64,000 nucleotides of DNA, taken from the NCBI GenBank assembly GCA_964230025.1, contig CAXRFO010000012.1:516136-580135 (forward strand), read 5' to 3'. The stretch's first letter is position 1. Every line of letters begins with the position of its first letter. Below, piece by piece: positions 61,507 through 64,000 of the stretch. Below the pieces are notes generated by a model. It made no database searches. It worked only from the letters and a program-made list of their open reading frames with translations, and was not told the origin of the DNA. The position numbers and the translations under genes were made by a program. This stretch comes from Flavobacteriales bacterium (lineage in GTDB: Bacteria; Bacteroidota; Bacteroidia; Flavobacteriales_D; JAUILH01).

Positions 61507-62319
61507 ATGAAATTATTTAGCATTATACTCGGAATGGCAGTTTGCACAGCGAGTTTTGCCGTTCCACAACAATTTAAAGTAAAAGAATACAGTACTACCA
61601 GTTTTCGTACGATTTCTCACTCCACCTTTAAAGCAGGAGAAGAATTGAAATACAGACTCCACTATGGAGCTATTGATGCGGGTGAGGCTGTAATAAAAGT
61701 TAAAAAATCAGATAAAAAGGCCAAAGGTAGAAGCCTACTACATGTTGTAGCAGAAGGAAAATCAATTTCGGCTTTTGATATGTTTTTTAAGGTCCGAGAT
61801 CGCTATGAGTCTTACATTGATGAAAAAGGGGTTTTCCCATGGGTATTTGTAAGAAGGGTCAATGAAGGTGGTTATAAAATCAACCAAGATTATACATTCT
61901 TTCAGCACAAATCAAAAGTTGATAACGGTGAAGGAAAACAATTTGAAGTGCCTAAATTCAGTCAAGACATGATCTCTTCCTTCTTTTATGCGAGAACGCT
62001 TGACTACGACAATGCCAAAGTTGGAAAGACATATACGGTGCAAACTTTTGTTGATGACCAAATGTATGATCTGAAGATAAAATACATGGGCAAAGAGACA
62101 GTCAAATTAAGAAACGGTAAGTATAAGTGCATGAAATTTCAGCCTATAGTTCAGGAAGGACGAATTTTTTCAAGCTCGGAGGATTTACAAGTTTGGATTA
62201 CGGATGATAAAAACCGAATTCCCATCTTGGTAAAATCAAAAATTTTGGTTGGCAGCATAAAAATGGAGGTTGTCGATTACAAGAATTTAGCTAATCCCAT
62301 AGCTAAAGTGGAAGAATAA
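61507..62319 (+). CDS. Hypothetical secreted protein, possibly DUF3108-like
   Basis: Signal peptide (MKLFSIILGMAVCTASFA) after trimming the ORF-track start. The ELKYRLHYGAIDAGEAVIKV N-terminal block resembles what I recall of DUF3108. Low certainty. Confidence 0.5.
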   Translation: MKLFSIILGMAVCTASFAVPQQFKVKEYSTTSFRTISHSTFKAGEELKYRLHYGAIDAGEAVIKVKKSDKKAKGRSLLHVVAEGKSISAFDMFFKVRDRYESYIDEKGVFPWVFVRRVNEGGYKINQDYTFFQHKSKVDNGEGKQFEVPKFSQDMISSFFYARTLDYDNAKVGKTYTVQTFVDDQMYDLKIKYMGKETVKLRNGKYKCMKFQPIVQEGRIFSSSEDLQVWITDDKNRIPILVKSKILVGSIKMEVVDYKNLANPIAKVEE

Positions 62320-62346
62320 AAATTTCTCCCATTGAGTAGTGTTCAT

Positions 62347-62377
62347 TCCCTCAGCGGTAGCTGGGGGATTTTTTTAT
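62347..62377 (+). terminator. Intrinsic terminator closing the four-gene cluster
   Basis: TCCCTCAGC-GGTA-GCTGGGGGA hairpin (with a G-U pair) followed by TTTTTTTAT. Confidence 0.6.
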
Positions 62378-62467
62378 TTCAACAAAATCGAGCCAATAAA
62401 AATCTCGTTACCCATCTGACTTTATTAATTAACTTTGTTCGTGATGAAGTTATAATTACTTCTAGAA

Positions 62468-63727
62468 ATGGGATGTTCAAGCTGTTCAAATAACACCAAT
62501 GGTACACCGAAAGGTTGTAAGAGCAATGGGACCTGTGCGTCAGGTGGTTGTGATAAGTTGGGTGTATTTAATTGGCTATCGAACATGCAATTACCTGGTC
62601 AGAAATCAGAATTTAACCTAGTTGAAATTCGATTTAAAAATGGCAGAAAACACTTTTACAGAAACACAGAACATATTCCATTAAGCACCGGGGATGCAGT
62701 TGTAGTGGAGTCTCACACAGGAGGACATGACGTTGGTGTAGTATCGCTTATAGGTGAACTAACCAGGCTCCAAGTAGAGCGGAAAGATGGTAAGAATTAC
62801 AAAATTCATGACTATCGTAAAATATATCGCAAGGCAAACCAGAAGGATTTAGATGTTTGGAAGGAAGCACGAGGGCGAGAAAAGCAAACCATGTTTGAAG
62901 CTAGGACCCTTGCTCTTCACCACAATCTTCAAATGAAAATCTCGGATGTAGAGTTCCAAGGCGACAATAAAAAAGCCATATTTTACTATACGGCAGAAGG
63001 CCGAGTTGACTTTCGTCAATTGATTAGGGCTATGGCTGATAAATTCAAGATCCGTATTGAAATGAAGCAAATTGGCGCCCGCCAAGAAGCCGGCCGATTA
63101 GGAGGTATTGGATCGTGTGGAAGGGAGTTATGTTGTGCTACTTGGTTGACTGATTTCAGGTCTGTTTCGACCTCAGCAGCGCGCTATCAGCAATTGAGCC
63201 TTAACCCACAAAAGCTTGCTGGGCAGTGTGGGAAGCTTAAATGCTGCCTCAACTATGAGTTAGATCAATATATTGAAGGATTCAAAATGTTCCCTTCAAA
63301 TAAAACAGAGCTTGAAACTGAAAAAGGAGTGGGGATTCATCAAAAAACCGACATTTTTAAAAAAATTATGTGGTTTTCTTATAAAGGAGATTTTGGCGGC
63401 ACACATTACCCGCTCAAAATAGAACGAATCAATGAAATTATTGAATTAAACAAGAAAGGTAAAAAGCCAGCTGACCTCAATGATTTTGCAGAAATAATTG
63501 AAGCACCACAAGAAGAAAACTACCTTAATGTGGTTGGTCAGGATAGCCTTAATCGCTTTGATGACAAGTTCAAAAAGAAAAAGGGCAACAAGAAAAAGAA
63601 AAAATTTAAGAAGCCTGGTGGAACGGTAACTCCTCAAAAGGGAGAAAACAATAAACCGCAAACCGGTAAAAAACCTTCAGCTAATAAAAAGCGCCGTTTC
63701 AAAGGAAACAAAAAGAAAAATGACTAG
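62468..63727 (+). CDS. PSP1 C-terminal domain protein (RicT/YaaT-like) with a Cys-rich N-terminus and a Lys-rich tail
   Basis: GCSSCSNN...GCKSNGTCASGGCDKLGVFNWL N-terminus. PSP1 core (EIRFKNGRKHFY...VGVVSLIGE). C-terminal 60 aa are about 40% Lys. Confidence 0.7.
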   Translation: MGCSSCSNNTNGTPKGCKSNGTCASGGCDKLGVFNWLSNMQLPGQKSEFNLVEIRFKNGRKHFYRNTEHIPLSTGDAVVVESHTGGHDVGVVSLIGELTRLQVERKDGKNYKIHDYRKIYRKANQKDLDVWKEARGREKQTMFEARTLALHHNLQMKISDVEFQGDNKKAIFYYTAEGRVDFRQLIRAMADKFKIRIEMKQIGARQEAGRLGGIGSCGRELCCATWLTDFRSVSTSAARYQQLSLNPQKLAGQCGKLKCCLNYELDQYIEGFKMFPSNKTELETEKGVGIHQKTDIFKKIMWFSYKGDFGGTHYPLKIERINEIIELNKKGKKPADLNDFAEIIEAPQEENYLNVVGQDSLNRFDDKFKKKKGNKKKKKFKKPGGTVTPQKGENNKPQTGKKPSANKKRRFKGNKKKND

Positions 63728-64000
63728 GCTAATAGGAATATTAATACTTGCATTAGCATTATTTTCTTGTGGAGATGAGGCGCATTTTCAGCAGGTAAAG
63801 GACATTTCTCCAAAGGGCTGGAAAATTTCTGATACTGCTCGTTTTTCATTTGAAATAAAGAACCCCGGAAAGTACGAGCCTGTCATTACGCTACGAACAA
63901 CAGTTAATTATCCCTATTCTAACATATATCTTTTTGTAGATATGTTAACCCCTCAAGGAATGCATATGCTCGATACCATCGAGTATAAATTGGCTCAAAA
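63720..64000 (+). CDS. gldH: Gliding motility lipoprotein GldH, 5-prime partial (continues past the window end)
   Basis: Lipobox LFSCG. WKISDTARFSFEIKN...YPYSNIYLFVDMLTPQG...DTIEYKLA pattern matches GldH. Start overlaps the PSP1 stop by 8 nt. Confidence 0.65.
   Translation, partial: MTRLIGILILALALFSCGDEAHFQQVKDISPKGWKISDTARFSFEIKNPGKYEPVITLRTTVNYPYSNIYLFVDMLTPQGMHMLDTIEYKLAQ

Noticed and set aside
63541-63720. A-rich low-complexity DNA (AAAAAGAAAAAGGGCAACAAGAAAAAG...) as a possible repeat element
   Set aside because: It encodes the poly-Lys tail of the PSP1 protein in frame. It is coding low complexity, not a mobile or structural repeat.

Overview
The window is a compact, AT-rich, gene-dense chromosomal segment (about 60 CDS). 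Gene content points to a gliding Bacteroidota, probably Flavobacteriia or Cytophagia. I see no rRNA, tRNA, CRISPR array, integrase or transposase.

Content from start to end:
- A partial FucP-like MFS permease next to a GH92 alpha-mannosidase carrying a C-terminal discoidin-like domain.
- The conserved ileS / dksA-traR / lspA cluster.
- A trio of small lipoproteins, including a tandem paralog pair with transthyretin-like folds.
- dxr, a 583-aa MORN-repeat protein, a LysE exporter, an S9B dipeptidyl peptidase IV translationally coupled to a DUF349 protein, and an outer-membrane beta-barrel next to an S8 subtilase.
- A YfcH-like epimerase, sucA-sucB with a clean intrinsic terminator, and a SufE–DUF59–DUF2480 operon.
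- A 2OG-Fe(II) oxygenase followed by a hybrid sensor kinase (GAF–HisKA–HATPase–REC–HPt) and an output-less REC–REC response regulator.
- An NfeD / flotillin / lipoprotein operon, a GT9 glycosyltransferase, a hotdog thioesterase, and a large TPR lipoprotein that may be SprE/PorW.
- A tight M23 peptidase / GH3 (Gretchen-Hagen-3 adenylating enzyme) / DUF1573-VWA operon.
- A 938-aa T9SS type-B CTD cargo protein with a NIDO-like N-terminal domain, a YegP tandem-repeat protein, gpmI, and a small orphan histidine kinase.
- The frr-pyrH-tsf-rpsB and rpsI-rplM housekeeping clusters, an SCO/SenC protein, an MlaEF-like ABC pair, an aminotransferase, manC and recJ.
- A four-gene, translationally coupled cluster of uncharacterised proteins, three of them secreted, ending in a strong terminator.
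- A PSP1 (RicT-like) protein and the 5-prime part of gldH.

The best candidates for an undescribed system are the four-gene secreted-protein cluster at 58.7–62.4 kb and the M23–GH3–VWA operon. Neither can be assigned a function from sequence alone.

All calls rest on motif-level recognition by eye. No database searches were run, and coordinates of hand-trimmed starts and hairpins may be off by a few nucleotides.
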